Assembly: GCF_963506605.1 (NCBI RefSeq)
Contig: NC_083281.1
Coordinates: 44,082,001-44,146,000 of the forward strand
Reading direction: 5' to 3'
Source of the DNA: Zootoca vivipara
Lineage: Eukaryota
DNA: 64,000 nucleotides
The position numbers were made by a program, and so were the translations under genes. Numbering within the stretch: the stretch's first letter is position 1; every line of letters begins with the position of its first letter. Below the pieces are notes generated by a model, which worked only from the letters and a program-made list of their open reading frames with translations, was not told the origin of the DNA and searched no databases. Positions 38,401 to 50,183 of this stretch are shown here, in pieces.

Positions 38401-41400
38401 GAATGCAATAAATAAATAAAATTAGTAGGCAAATAGCCAAGGGGCTTGTGCATTTGTGGTGGAAAAGGCTCAGCGTCATTCAAGGAATCCCACTGGGGGA
38501 AGCGTGAAGCTCCCTTTGCCACACACCCTCGGCACTGCTCTCTCAGAATCACCCGTACCTGAAGCCCTGGAGGTATGTGTATTCATCCTCCTTCTGCAGG
38601 AGCTGAGACTTGATGATGGTGTCTCTCAGCCCAAAGGTCTGCATGGACAAGCCCCGCATCTCCTCTGACACCAGCACATTGGAGGACCGGACCATCTCAC
38701 TGGTGATGTCATTCTTGGGCTTGTTGGGCCTGGAAATGAGAGGAAAGGGTAGAGGGAGGGAGGGAGATTGGGGAGGGGGACAGGGGTTGGTTTATTTCAG
38801 GTGTTGTTGCTATCAACAGAAAGCAAAGAGAAGCCAGGAGCCCCACGCTGGCACAAGGAGGGCCAGAGTGGGGCTGCAACACTAGCCCACATGCCTCCCC
38901 CTCACTGCCTTGAGTCAATGCCAGGAGGAAAAGTCCACTTTGTTCTACATTTACAAGTGTTGCATCTTCAAGACAGGACCACTGCCCCCCTTACAGGTCT
39001 GCAAGAGGACAGGTGAGGACTGTTCCCCCATTTGATACAGGGTCTTACCTGGCACTTTGGACTGGCCCAGCTGTGGGCCCAATCCAATTTGGGAGCCTTG
39101 TACAAGCACACGGTAGGGGTTATCCTTTGCTTCTAAATTGCTATAGTACATGTCAGGCAGGTTACTCTTTAAAACAGCGGTTCCCAAAGTGGTGCCCTCT
39201 GAGGGGCTGTGGGATTCCTTGCATAGGGGTGCTAAGAGGCGGGGGAGGGGAGTGCTGCAGGTGCAAATGAATATCAGACTTAGAAAAGTTGGCAACACTA
39301 GATCAAGTTCATTCATTTTGTTGAATTAAACCAATTAGTTCTAATTGGATTATGGATAAATATGCAATTGTTACTGCGTGTTATTATTATGATATTATCT
39401 TACTTAGTGGGACATGCAAACCACAATTCTGAATAATGCCTTTTATAGAACCAAGGGCCACTGTTCCGAAAAGGTTTGGGAACCACTGCTATAAAGCTCC
39501 TGTTAACTTATGGAAGGCCACCTGAGAAAAAGACACTCTCGAAACTGCAATCCAAGCCCCTCAACCCCAGAAGCAAAAGGCACAGAGGCACTCTGACCCC
39601 ATTACATTACATGTTTCCAAGGCTGGCTGTGGCTGTCATGTTCAACTTACTTGGGGACACCGAACAGTGAAGTCAACGATGTGTTTTTTGTGGAGGCCCT
39701 AGAAAACTCTCATTTTGATTCTTCCTGACAAAGGACTGAACTTTGGTTGAACTGCTTCTGAGGTTGCCTGATTTTCTTCTTCTTCAGGGACTGCAGATTT
39801 GTCTACACTGCCTAACCATCTTTTATAAAGTCTGTATTTGTGTAATTTTTGTAAGATTTTTTTACTGCATGTAGAATAAGCAGCAGCAACAAAAAGCAAA
39901 AACAAAAAACAAAACTTACCTGGGGACAGCAGCAGCAGGACTGGCACCACTTGTGCTGCCCATCTGGTTCATAGCTGGTGGCTGTTTCCCTTTCCCTTTC
40001 CCTTTCTGCTTTGGGTCCTCATTCCCAGCAACTCCTGGAAGCAAAAGGAAGCCCATGAAAGCTGTCTGTCTCTGACCAGTGCCTGGGAAATCTCAGCTTG
40101 CCCAAGGCTGACTCTCAGAGAAGGAGGAGGTTTCTCCTTATCTCGGCTACACCATTCCTTGGGGTGGGGGTGGGGGCAGGCTGCCAGAATGCTGCGCTCC
40201 TCACAGTTGGTCTCAGGGATGGCCAAGAGGAAAAAGATGAACATAGCAAGATGGAGAACTTGGGAGTAAAGCAAGCAAGCTGCCTTTTAGCACAGATCAG
40301 AGCCACGGGCCACAATGAGAGCAGAAGCAGCGAGCCCTTTGGGCTAGGGAAGAGCATCCAGCATAGCCAATGGCAGCCTCCCAGAACCAAATTCCCGCTC
40401 CTGCCTTCTCCAAGGGATTAATGTAATGGTCCTACACAAAAGCCACCCTTTCTCTGCCACCCCTTACTTGTCTGAAAAGCAGGCAGCAGGACAATCCCGT
40501 GCCCCAGAGAAATGGCAAGGTCATCTGTGCTTCACGTTACTGGTTTTTTAGACTACTTAATTACAAGTGGTCTTTGACTTCACCTGCAAAAGCACACTCC
40601 TCCATAAGCTCCCAAGACATACAGATGCCAACCGTGTTATTAGCAGATTATCTAAATGCCAATGGTGTTATAAGCAGTTTTTCACATTATGTTTCTTCCA
40701 GGCCAGAAGTAGAGTATTAAAATCACGGGGTGCAGGCAAAGCTGCCCATTTTGCAACCCTCTCTGCACCAGATAAGCCTGCCTGAGCAAAGCCAGAAACA
40801 TCTAAAGTGATTCAGCAGCATGGAGTGGGGGTGTGAGGTTGAGTCCACAAATAGCACACGGACACACCAATCACTCACAATCTCTTACATTCCTAGATAC
40901 TGAGCTTTTGATGGTGCTGTATTTTTGTTTTGTTTTTAAGTCACATTTCAAAGCTCAAAGAACCAATGGATCCACATATGGGATGGGGGGGGGAGTCCCA
41001 GCCCCACCCATAACAGTCTTCCAGGGGACTGAAAAAGATGTGCAACCACAGCCACAATTTAGCAAACCTTCAAACTTCAAGAAGTTTGAATATCTGAAAC
41101 TGAGTTCTGATTAATGCTTTAGGAACCTTGAACATTTCTAAACAGCAGGTTTAGCTCCCTCCTAAAGCCCAACATCCCAGTGTCCAAAATGAGGTATACT
41201 GTCTGTAAAGAATTTTCTTTTGGTGGACTACATGTCAAGTGTTTGTGAGTAAGCTCCACTTTCGACATCTCTATATTCTTTTGGCTGAAACAGCAACATC
41301 CGCTCCTGTTGGTAATCCACTTTCCGCAGGATGAGGAAAGGAAGAGGCACTGGGGTGGAGGGAGAGAAACCAGCTGAACTCTGAGGCCAGAAACAGCCCA

Positions 41401-43705
41401 ACCGCTGCTGCCCTTGCAGACAAGCCCAGGCCAGGCAGTAGCATCGGGTGGGGTGGGGGATTGCACCACCCCCACCCACCAGGAAAGCCTGAAGCCAGTC
41501 GTGCCTGTGACTGGAGGAAAGAGCCTTGAAATTGCAACATTGCAAAGAGCTCTAGAAGGCGCTTCCTGCCTCCACATGGAGCATCGCCAGGCAGCAGGTG
41601 GGGGCTGCTCGGGCAGAGAAAGAAAGTGTTGGAGGGGGCACCCCTTAGCCCTGAAGCCCACCACGCCCAGAGAGCATTTTCCCCACAGGCGGAATGGGCT
41701 CCCAGCCAGGAACCAGCAGGTGCTGCTGCTACAGGAGCAACCAGGGACCCGAGGCGGGCAGGCCTGCTGAGGGCCGGATCTCTCCCGACCCCTCCCTGCA
41801 GAGGAGCCCGGCTCTCCCCATCCCTCCAGGCTCCAGGCCGGGCAAAAGCCGCTTTGGGGGTGTGGAAAATGCAGCCAAAGTACAAGGGCGAAATCCTCCT
41901 GAGTAGTTGCCTGCGCGGAAGAAACGCCAGCCGAGGAAAAGGCGGGTAGCCCGGAGCAGCAGGAAGAGGGCGCGCCCCGGGGCAGCCTCCGCCCAGCCAG
42001 CACCTGCAGGGCTGGCCTAGGGCTGCAGCGCGCGTCGGGGAAGGGGCCCAGCATCTTCCTTCCCTTAACCGGGCTCTAGTATGGGCGGGACCTGCTGCCG
42101 CCTCTCCAGGCTACGCAAGTGGCGGCGGCCCTGCTTCCCTCACAACGGCCCTGCGAAGTAGGGCACAGCCTGGGGAACCCCCCGCTCCAGGGAGCTTCCC
42201 GCCAATAGGCTAGCCGGCCGGCTGGCCGGACACCACAGGCAACGGCGGGCCATCTCTTCCTCCCGAGTCGGGATCAAGCGCCTAGTCCTCAGCGCGCGCC
42301 TCTTCCTACCTGCGCGCCGCCGCCAAGAAGCGCACATCTCCCGGTCTGAATCCCAGGAGCGGCTGCCCACCAGGCCACACCCTTCGCTCGGCTCAGCCAA
42401 TCACAGTGGGGTTCGCCTCCAGAAACGCCCCCGCCCGAGGGTGGGGCGGATCCAGATTAGCCCAGCAGAGCTCAGCAGCGCCCCCACAGGAGGGATGGCA
42501 AGATGCGGACTCCCTCGCCTCGCGCTGCCGCGGCTAAAAATGCCTTGCGTTGATGGTCATGTATCATCACAATGAGCATTTTCTCGCATTGCAAGCGGAC
42601 CACCGGCCCCCTCATGCTTTGGGAAGCTCCGTGTGCGCTGACGACCCGCCACACATAATACTGGTCGTCCCAGCAGCTCTACTCCATCCCGCTGGCGGAA
42701 CATTAAGGGGCGATGGGAGAGAGGAAAGGCTGAAAGAGAGATGCTAGCTAATGGCAAGTCCGATCAAGTGCGCTTGAGCGTCACCGCAGTTGGGAGTGAC
42801 AGGCTAAGGTTTTTGGGAAAGTGGGGAGGGGGAGAGATTTATGGACGAGGGAGAGAAAAGTGGCAGCCCCTTGGACTTCTGGGCAGAAAAGGGGGCAGTC
42901 ACTTAAGGCATAAGTTCAAGGTTAAGTTCAATGGGTTATTTTTAGGATATAAGGCCCTTAACACATTGGGACCAGTTTACCTATGAGATTGCCTCACCTC
43001 CTGTTCACCCACTCAACCGCTCCAATCTGCAGAACTGGCACTATTACAGATGCCTCATAATAATACCCATTCCACATTTGTAAGAATTCAATATTTTAGT
43101 GTGGCAGCATCTACACTCTGGAACTCCCTGCCTATTGATATCAGGCAGGCGCCTTCACCCTACTATGTTCAGCACTTGCTAAAAACATTTCTGTTTAGAC
43201 TAGCCTACCTAGATATTTATGAAGCTAATGTGAGTTTGAATCTGTTTTTGTTAATAGTTATTTTTATTTCTATTAAGTCTTAAATTATAGTTGTTAATGC
43301 TTCCTATTTATAATATTATCCTGGTTTGCTTGTTTTTTGTAAATCTTCTGCTTTAAGGTTGTTTGCAATCAAGCAGTGTGTAAATTTTATGAAATTAATA
43401 AATTAGGTAGGAGGAGGACCCCATTAATGGAAGGAGAGGGGTAGAAAGACCCACTGTGCTGCACTGGGATATATTTCGGAGGCTCTCTTTCTGGTTAGTC
43501 TTTCCACTCAACTACAACAGCACATAGGCAGAGTTTGGATTCTTCCTTCTTGTTGTCTTGTCTGTTGCTGTCTGAAGGCATCTCAAGGCAGCCCTGTTTA
43601 GGGAAGCTTTTAATATTTGATGGATTTCTGTATTTTAGTGTTTTGTTGGAAGCCGCCCAGAGTGGCTGGGGAAACCCGGCCAGATGGGCGGGGTATAAAT
43701 AATAA

Positions 43706-43741
<36 letters not shown>

Positions 43742-46700
43742 GCCTCCTGCCCTAGAGTGACGCGGGAGAATGACTTTTCGAGTCTGGTGGAGACCCCATT
43801 GCACTAGCAAACAAGCACCGGATCTGTCCGCCATGACAAATGCATCTTGCTCACTTGCTCTCTCCACGTCATCCTCTCACAGGCAGAGGATTTAATTGTT
43901 TATTTAATATTCTGGTTTATACTCCCAGTGCAGGACCCAAGGCAGCTCACAGCATAAATTAAAACAAATACGGTATAACTAAGCACAAACAATCAATACA
44001 GACATTAAAAACTAACCCTATTACAAACAGGACTGAAACCACTTAAAACCATTTAAAACCACACACACACCACCATCCCTCAGAAACCCTACCACAACAG
44101 CCAGTTAGTGGCCAAAGGCCTGTCAAAGCAAAAAAGGTTTTTGACTGCTGGCTAAATGAAAGCTAGCCTCCACCATCTGGGAGCAATCACTAAGAAGGCC
44201 CTCTCTCATGTCCTCACCAAACATGCCTGTGAAAGTCGTGAGACCGAGAGAAAGGCCTTCCTAGGAGATCTCAAAGCCCAGGTATGTTAATTTGGTGAGA
44301 TCCAGTCCTCCAGATAGCCTGGACCCAAGCCATATAGGGTTTTATGGTCACAACCAATATTTTGAACTGCAAACAACCAGGCAGCCTTGCAACAACAGTG
44401 GAGCTGTTGTAGCAAGGAGGATACAAACTACGTCCTTGCCAGCATCAGGGACCAAGATACTTCCGGCTGTTCCTCAGTGGGTTGTTAGCAGGGCCGTCTC
44501 AAGCAGGTCGGGCACCCTGGCGCTGAGGCGCGGAGATCGCTCCGGCGCCCCCACCCTCACAGTGCGGCTTCCGCACGGCTTTTCCGCGAGCGCCCCCCCC
44601 TGCCGGCCCCGCACCACCGGGACTACACCTAGAGCCGGGCCTGGTTGTTAGACTACTTGCACAACATAGGCTCCTCTAACCTTGCCAAGCTCTGTGACCA
44701 AGGGAAGCCCAAGGCTTGGAAGCCCAGACAATATTTCTTATCATGAAATGCTGCACTGGAACGTATCAGTGACAATCAAGTATCTGGTGGTTTGAAGCCT
44801 TTTAAAGAATTGGTCACTGTGGTAAGCTCCCATACAAGCCGCAGGACTTCAACACTGACCCCCACTCCAGTCTTTTGCCAAATTAAATGTAGCCCAAACT
44901 TCAAGGCCCTCCCATCAGCAACAGAGTCTCGTACCTGCTAGGCTGCAGCGCTTCCTGACCTCTGTCAGGAAAGTCTGTGTCTGGGAGCCAAAAGGCAGCT
45001 GCACTAGCAAGTTGGCGTCACTTGAGATGATCTGGACAGTGACATCAGAGCCTATAGGAGAAGGAGAGAGGAGAGCGGCATGAGCAACTTTGTGGGCTGA
45101 CCTTGGGAGAAGCATTTCTGGAGAATAAGCTCCTATTGCTGCCCCACCACACAGCAGCATCCACAAAACTGGGCACAGCTAAAGCTGCCCAGAAGCAAAT
45201 GGCTGCATCATTCTTGTTCCCCATAAGCGACCATGGAATATCTGTATTGAAGGACACCATGCACACTTATAAAATGAACAATATACATATGGATGCAGCG
45301 GTGGGGATCAGTGGCAGCACCTGCAGGCAAAGCTCCACATGTGTGCCTGGTACACAACAGCAAGGCAAGTTTTAATCTTTCAAAAAGCAATATTCCAGCC
45401 CACACGGGTTACAGAGATTGGCTTTGAAGTGTGTGGTTGGTGAAGTTTCAGAATTCAGAGAGGGTGGGGCTGGGCACCCAGGATTTGCTCTGTGGACTGC
45501 AGGAGCTACTCTGGGAGGAAGGCAGGAGGCAGGAAGGGAGAGACAAAGTAAATAAGAAACAAAGACTTAGTGGAAGCAGAACGAAGCAAGCAGAGGAGCT
45601 CATCTCAGTGGGAACTGTCTGGCCTGGGCATGTGTGTTGCCCAGTCAGTGAATGCTGTAGCATTTCCCAGGTACAACAATTTGGTTATTTGTGTAGTGTG
45701 GAGAACAATCCATGGCGCCGTTGGTGCTGCTCACAGCTCTGCTTGCCAGGGAGTGAGTGAAGCAATCCCAGAAGTGAGGGGCAGGCACCAATCACACTTC
45801 TGGGGAATCATTGTTTACAAGAACCACAGCAAATGCTTACCTACAATGTGCAGGTCATTCTCCCAGGCGACTGTCAAAGGAAAAATTATTATTTTTATTA
45901 TTTTAGTTATTTATTTGTATCCTGCAATCTTCCTAGCCCAGGACTCAAGGCGGTTTACACAAATTAAAGCAACACAGATAAAATATAGAAAGCTAAAAAC
46001 ATACAAAAGATCATTTAAAAGCTGCCTGGCCAGGGGCTGGTGGAAATGCCACCAAATGGGTTCCCCTAAGCTCCTCCCCCGAAAGGCCCGGTCAATGATT
46101 ATTCATTATCTGGGGGTGGGGGTGGCCAAGGGACAGAAACACGGGTGACAACGTTCCCCAAAGAGTGCATCCAGTACCTGACTTTTTGGGGATCATTCGT
46201 CCTGGATTCCTCCCTCCTATTCAAGTGGGTCAACGGGAATCATTTAAAGTGCCCCGAGTCGCGGGGGAGGAGGGGGAAGGAGGCAGCGGAGCTTTCTCTG
46301 CTGCAGGGGAATGTGGCAACGAAGTCAATAAGGCAGGAAGGCCCTCACCTTCTTCCACAGCAAAGCCTTCCTGCAGGAGCAGGACCCTCTCCAGGCGCAC
46401 GTCCTCGGCGGTGATGGCCATGCGCCGGTGGCTGTACAGGCAGATCCTGCGGAGACAGAGCCGGGAGAGACCGCGCCCTCCCCATCAGAGACCAAGATCG
46501 TGGCCCAAGCACCTCGACCACCACGTCTCAGCACTCCGGAGATGCTGCTGTCCCAAGCTCTCTCCTCCCACCGCAGCCCACCTCCCCCGGCCCCCTCCTA
46601 GGATCCCCAGCGCCCCCTTCCGCTCGCTCCCGGGAACCTGCTCCTCTCCGGGGCCGGAGGAGCCGGGAAAGGAGGAGCAGCAGCCGGAGCCGCACGGAGG

Positions 46701-47038
46701 GCGGGGAGGAAGAAAGAGACCCGCCTCCTCCATTCCACGCCCGGCTCCTGCCCTCACCTGTCTCACCTGTCCCATCTGCCGGGAGCGGCGGACTTACATT
46801 GCTTTGCCGTGGCTCTCCACCAGGCCCAGCAGCCGGCTCTCCCCACCATCCACGAGCCCCTGCACCGCCTGCAGTCGGAGGTCAAGGAAGGGGCCAGAAA
46901 GTGCCGGAGTGGCGAGCGACCCCCGCCTCGCCCTGCTCGCCCTCCCGATGGGTCCTTCCCTGGGCGGCCCCCAAAGGATACGACCAGGCAAATCTCCCCC
47001 GCCGAGAGCGCTTCCTGGATGGGCACCGACTGATCCAT
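25883..47038 (-). CDS. INPP5B: Type II inositol polyphosphate 5-phosphatase (PH, 5-phosphatase, ASH and RhoGAP-like domains), ~903 aa in this model
   Basis: Coding exons 47038-46982, 46868-46798, 46446-46349, 45870-45841, 45051-44935, 40034-39920, 39698-39651 (tentative), 39096-39049 (tentative), 38729-38559, 38063-37962, 37234-37120, 36808-36692, 35774-35587, 34546-34435, 33939-33830, 31996-31861, 31274-31164, 30519-30357, 28350-28115, 27763-27647, 27316-27232, 26720-26593, 26471-26360, 26007-25883 (2712 nt, frame-continuous). N-terminus [11 protein letters not shown]; catalytic motifs WLGDLNYR and PAWCDRILW; also [33 protein letters not shown]. Confidence 0.95.
26721..27231 (-). other. INPP5B: U12-type (minor spliceosome) GT-AG intron in the INPP5B RhoGAP-like region
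   Basis: 5' splice site GTATCTTT; branch-like TTCCTTAAAC at 26742-26733, ~12 nt from the AG; no polypyrimidine tract. Confidence 0.8.
27790..27965 (+). mobile_element. Degenerate tRNA-derived SINE
   Basis: A-box-like TCAGTGGTAGAGCA and B-box-like GCTCAATTCCC. Related decayed copies lie on the minus strand at ~59060-59260 and ~63760-63870. Confidence 0.55.
28600..28760 (+). mobile_element. tRNA-derived MIR/CORE-like SINE fragment
   Basis: GTGGTGTAGTGGTTAG...GGTTTGAATC head followed by CCTCACAGGGTTGTTG. Related copies at ~36095-36320 and ~38190-38420. Confidence 0.6.
28983..29195. mobile_element. Tc1/mariner MITE nested in L2
   Basis: TIRs CAGTGGTACCTCTACTTAC / GTAAGTAGAGGTACCACTG with TA duplication. 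Confidence 0.92.
29249..29384. mobile_element. hAT MITE nested in L2
   Basis: TIRs CAGGCATCCCCAAACT / AGTTTGGGGATGCCTG with 8-bp TSD CCCTAAAC; related to the 19466 element. Confidence 0.92.
30585..30948 (+). mobile_element. CR1 LINE 3' fragment
   Basis: AGCCTGGAGAAGAGACTGAGAGGG...GGTCCCTTC...ATTCTATGA tail. Shorter CR1 tails at ~31715-31775, ~55670-55738 and ~56465-56528. Confidence 0.8.
33058..33277 (+). mobile_element. L2 3' end with an (ATATT)n/(ATT)n microsatellite tail
   Basis: Same 3'UTR (GGAAGCCGCCCAGAGTGGCTGGGG...GGGTATAAA) as the other L2 copies. Confidence 0.85.
33346..33567. mobile_element. Tc1/mariner MITE
   Basis: TIRs CAGTCATACCTCGGTTTGC / GCAAACCGAGGTATGACTG with TA TSD. Confidence 0.92.
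37295..37590 (-). mobile_element. Interspersed repeat, probably a CR1-family 3' end; second copy at ~63048-63380
   Basis: CCTGCTGGATC...GGCCCAT...CATCCT...CACAGTGG.CAACCAGATGCC is shared between the two loci. The family assignment is tentative. Confidence 0.6.
41690..42790 (-). promoter_or_regulatory. INPP5B: Intragenic CpG island, candidate internal INPP5B promoter with an alternative first coding exon at 42337-42310
   Basis: CpG-rich; CCAAT at 42397-42401 and GC box at ~42443-42449. ATG TGC GCT TCT TGG CGG CGG CGC GCA G|GTAGGA is a phase-1 donor compatible with exon 40034. Confidence 0.6.
43575..43741 (+). mobile_element. L2 3' end with a (TGT)n tail
   Basis: Near-identical to ~50022-50150. 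Confidence 0.85.
44489..44643. mobile_element. GC-rich hAT MITE
   Basis: TIRs CAGGGCCGTCTC / GAGCCGGGCCTG with 8-bp TSD GTTGTTAG (44481-44488 / 44644-44651). Confidence 0.85.
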
Positions 47039-47760
47039 CCTGCGCGGACGACGGAGCAGGCGGCACTCCCCGCTGCTGCTGCAGGAGGGAGAGGGTCGCC
47101 AGGACCCGGGAGCCCCTGCCGCAACCGGGGAGCGTCAGGAACCGAACCGAGGAGGAAGCGGCGGCGCTGGATCCTGCAGGCCTCTTTCCTTGAGCACGGC
47201 GGGGCGGGGGGAGAAGACGGGTCCCGCCTCCGGCCTGGCCGCGGCTGCCTTGGCGGCTCCGGCCTCCCGGGCGGGAGCAGGAAGGCGAGAGGAGGAGGCC
47301 GCCGACGTATCGGCGCTCCCAGGCCCCGACGAGGCGCTGGAAGGGCGGCTCCGGGCTCCTGCCACCAGCCTTCCCACCACGGAGCAGCTACTGCCCGGTC
47401 TGCAAACCCTTTCCTTGCTCGACGGACTCGCCGAAGCTAGACACTCACCCGCTCCGTCTGCTGCCAGTTGAGCAAGGCAGCGCAGCTTGCCAGGCTGCCA
47501 CTTCCACAAAATGTTGCTGCCAGCTCCCCCTGGAATGTGCAGGCCGCACCCCCGTCCCTCAGTACGTAGAGTGGCCGCCTGAGAAGGCCCAGGACGGCAG
47601 GCGACCTTGGAAAAGCAAGGAGGCGCCCAGGGCCAGACCCCCTTGCGGCAACAGCCGCTGTTCTTGGCGGTTACCTGTTGCAGTGATTGCAAAGTACCCT
47701 TCGGTGTTTTTTCTGCCACTGTGGAGCAGACACGGTGCGTGCCCAGGGCAGAGACATGGA
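46240..47760 (-). promoter_or_regulatory. INPP5B: INPP5B main CpG-island promoter; non-coding exon 1 donor GG|GTGAGT at ~47448
   Basis: CpG island spanning the first exons, with a consensus donor upstream of the ATG exon. Confidence 0.75.
46869..46981 (-). other. INPP5B: U12-type GT-AG intron (113 nt) after the first coding exon of INPP5B
   Basis: Perfect minor-class donor GTATCCTTT; branch TTCCTTGAC at 46889-46881, 12 nt from the 3' end. Confidence 0.92.
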
Positions 47761-47764
47761 CTTT

Positions 47765-47766
<2 letters not shown>

Positions 47767-47816
<50 letters not shown>
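47767..47816. repeat. (AC)n microsatellite
   Basis: About 25 perfect units. Confidence 0.95.
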
Positions 47817-47820
<4 letters not shown>

Positions 47821-48685
47821 CTCATCTAGTTAAATAGATTTATTTGCAATTTTTAGACAAGAGAAACATTTCTGATACTAGGAGTGGGGCGGTGGGTGGG
47901 GAACGACAGGCAACCCAGTGAGAAAGTGGGTCCCTCATTAAAGGCAGCAGCTAAGATCAGCCATGGCAGCAAGGACCTTCAGGGGGAATAAGCAAAGCTT
48001 CTTCCCCCCCCCCCCCGCCCATCACCCCTGCAGAGCCAGAAGGGGGTTCACAGAGCCAGCTAGCAGGAAGCCAGGAGAGAGCAGGGTCTAGTTTAAAGAA
48101 CAAGGTGTGTGCGGGCTCTCCCCCTTTCCTTCACCTCCCTACCCTGATAAGAGGCTCCCTGTACAGTCTTTGGGACTCTGCCAAATAACAGGAGGCAACC
48201 TTCAGCTTTCTGCAAACCTGGAATGGCCTCCAAACAGTTAAATAGCTGCTCCTGGATAGATACCAACCAAGGACACAGCCCCCCTCCCCCAATTTAATCC
48301 AAAAGAGAATTCCTGTCGCTTCTGTCACTTGCCCCCTGGATCAGGCTTGTGACCTGCTGGCTCCAGGTCAGATCTCCTGCCATCTTTCAGGCCAGGGAAG
48401 AGGGAAGGAAAGTGGCTCTTGATTATGTAGGTCTGAGCTAAATTATTGTTATTATTTATTCAATTTATATATCACCCTTTATTGCAAGCTCACATGGCCA
48501 AAAGGTTCATAAATCACTTGGCCCTGAAAGAAAAAGGAGGGGAGGGGGGGAGGCATTTGCTGGATGCCTTATGAGAAAGGCCCAGACCAAGTGGACTCCC
48601 CAAGGCATAGAGAGAGACAGACAGACAGAGAAGGGAGAGTTGCTTTTTTGCCACCACCTAAGGACCCGAACAGGCCAGCTCAGCT

Positions 48686-48952
48686 TCAGTTGTGCCCGGC
48701 TGAGAACAGGAGAGCATAGTTCAGGCTGAGGACGGCCACACACAACAGCAGCTGGAGCAGGGGGGTGAGGGCTGCCACCTGCTTGGCCCCGTTGAAGTGC
48801 ACTTTGCCATCCAGCTTCAGGCAGCTGGTCTTGGGCATCGCCGGGCAGCACTCCTGGTAGCAGGGCACCTTGGACCCCGCAGAGCAGGGCGGGCCGGCCG
48901 TTTTGCAGACTTTGCTGCATCCAGCCACAAAGTGGGGGCCGGTTTTCTTCAT
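48686..48952 (-). CDS. LU-like gene, last exon: second half of domain 2 and GPI-type tail
   Basis: Acceptor CTCTCTTTCCAG|ATG; C...C...C...C...CC...C, then NGA, a spacer and a hydrophobic stretch. Confidence 0.88.
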   Translation of the reverse strand: MKKTGPHFVAGCSKVCKTAGPPCSAGSKVPCYQECCPAMPKTSCLKLDGKVHFNGAKQVAALTPLLQLLLCVAVLSLNYALLFSAGHN

Positions 48953-50152
48953 CTGGAAAGAGAGAAAGGAGCAGGCATTGGCCCACACAAGTAGCAGATG
49001 CAAGAACCAGCTTGGCTGCTGTTTCAGGCGTTGGTGCTGTGTGGGGGCCCAGGATCAAGCAGGGTGCCTGCAGAGGGCAGCTGGCACTCAGGGCTGCCGA
49101 TGGGGATTTGGTGGGCCTCCCCCTTTTTCCCTCAGACTTCAGGTCTCTTGTCCTTAACAGTACCCTTCCATTGGATCATGGAGAGATCATTAGGGGGTTT
49201 GGGCTGGGTGTTCCTCAGTATGCGGATGATACCCAGCTCTACCTCTCTTTCAAATCCGAACCAGTGAAGGCGGTGAATGTCCTATGTGAGTGCTTGGAGG
49301 CGGTTGGAGGATGGATGGCGGCTAACAGATTGAGATTGAATCCTGACAAGACAGAAACACTGTTTGTGGGGGACAGGAGGTGGGCAGGTGTGGAGGACTC
49401 CCTGGTCCTGAATGGGGTAACTGTGCCCTTGAAGGACCAGGTGCACAGCCTGGGAGTCATTTTGGACTCACAGCTGTCCATGGAGGCGCAGGTCAATTCT
49501 GTGTCCAGGGCAGCTGTTTATCAGCTCCATCTGGTACGCAGGCTGAGACCCTACCTGCCTGTGGACTGTCTTGCCAGAGTGGTGCATGCTCTAGTTATCT
49601 CTCGCTTGGACTACTGCAATGCGCTCTACGTGGAGCTACCTTTGAAGGTGACCCGGAAACTACAACTAACCCAGAATGCAGCAGCTAGACTGGTGACTGG
49701 GAGCGGCCGCCAAGACCACATAACACCGGTCCTGAAAGACCTACATTGGCTCCCAGTACGTTTCCGAGCACAATTCAAAGTGTTGGTGCTGACCTTTAAA
49801 GCCCTAAACAGCCTCGGTCCAGTATACCTGAAGGAGCGTCTCCTACCCCATCGTTCTGCCCGGACACTGAGGTCCAGCGCCGAGGGCCTTCTGGCAGTTC
49901 CCTCGTTACGAGAAGCCAAGTTACAGGGAACCAGGCAGAGGGCCTTCTCGGTAGTGGCGCCCACCCTGTGGAATGCCCTCCCACCAGAGGTCAAAGAGAA
50001 TAACAATTACCAGACCTTTAGAAGGCATCTCAAGGCTGCCCTGTTTAGGGAAGCTTTTAATGTTTGATGGATTTCTGTATTTTAATATTTTGTTGGAAGC
50101 CGCCCAGAGTGGCTGGGGGAACCCAGCCAGATGGGTGGGGTATAAAAAATAA

Positions 50153-50183
<31 letters not shown>

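Noticed and set aside
39699-39866. Open frame [19 protein letters not shown]... next to INPP5B exon 40034-39920
   Set aside because: Needs a ~55-nt intron and ends in a premature stop; no supporting homology.
41119-42054. 311-aa minus-strand ORF in an INPP5B intron, with an SEFSWFLSL stretch in an overlapping frame
   Set aside because: No domain pattern and no convincing phase-1 splice sites; explained by the GC-rich island.
46165-47193. 342-aa plus-strand ORF and other long ORFs over the INPP5B, YRDC and MTF1 CpG islands
   Set aside because: Low-complexity Pro/Arg/Gly translations, as expected from stop-poor GC-rich DNA, antisense to or overlapping real exons.
49012-50067. 351-aa RT-like ORF as a host or domesticated gene
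   Set aside because: 5'-truncated L2 LINE with a microsatellite tail and several near-identical copies in the window.
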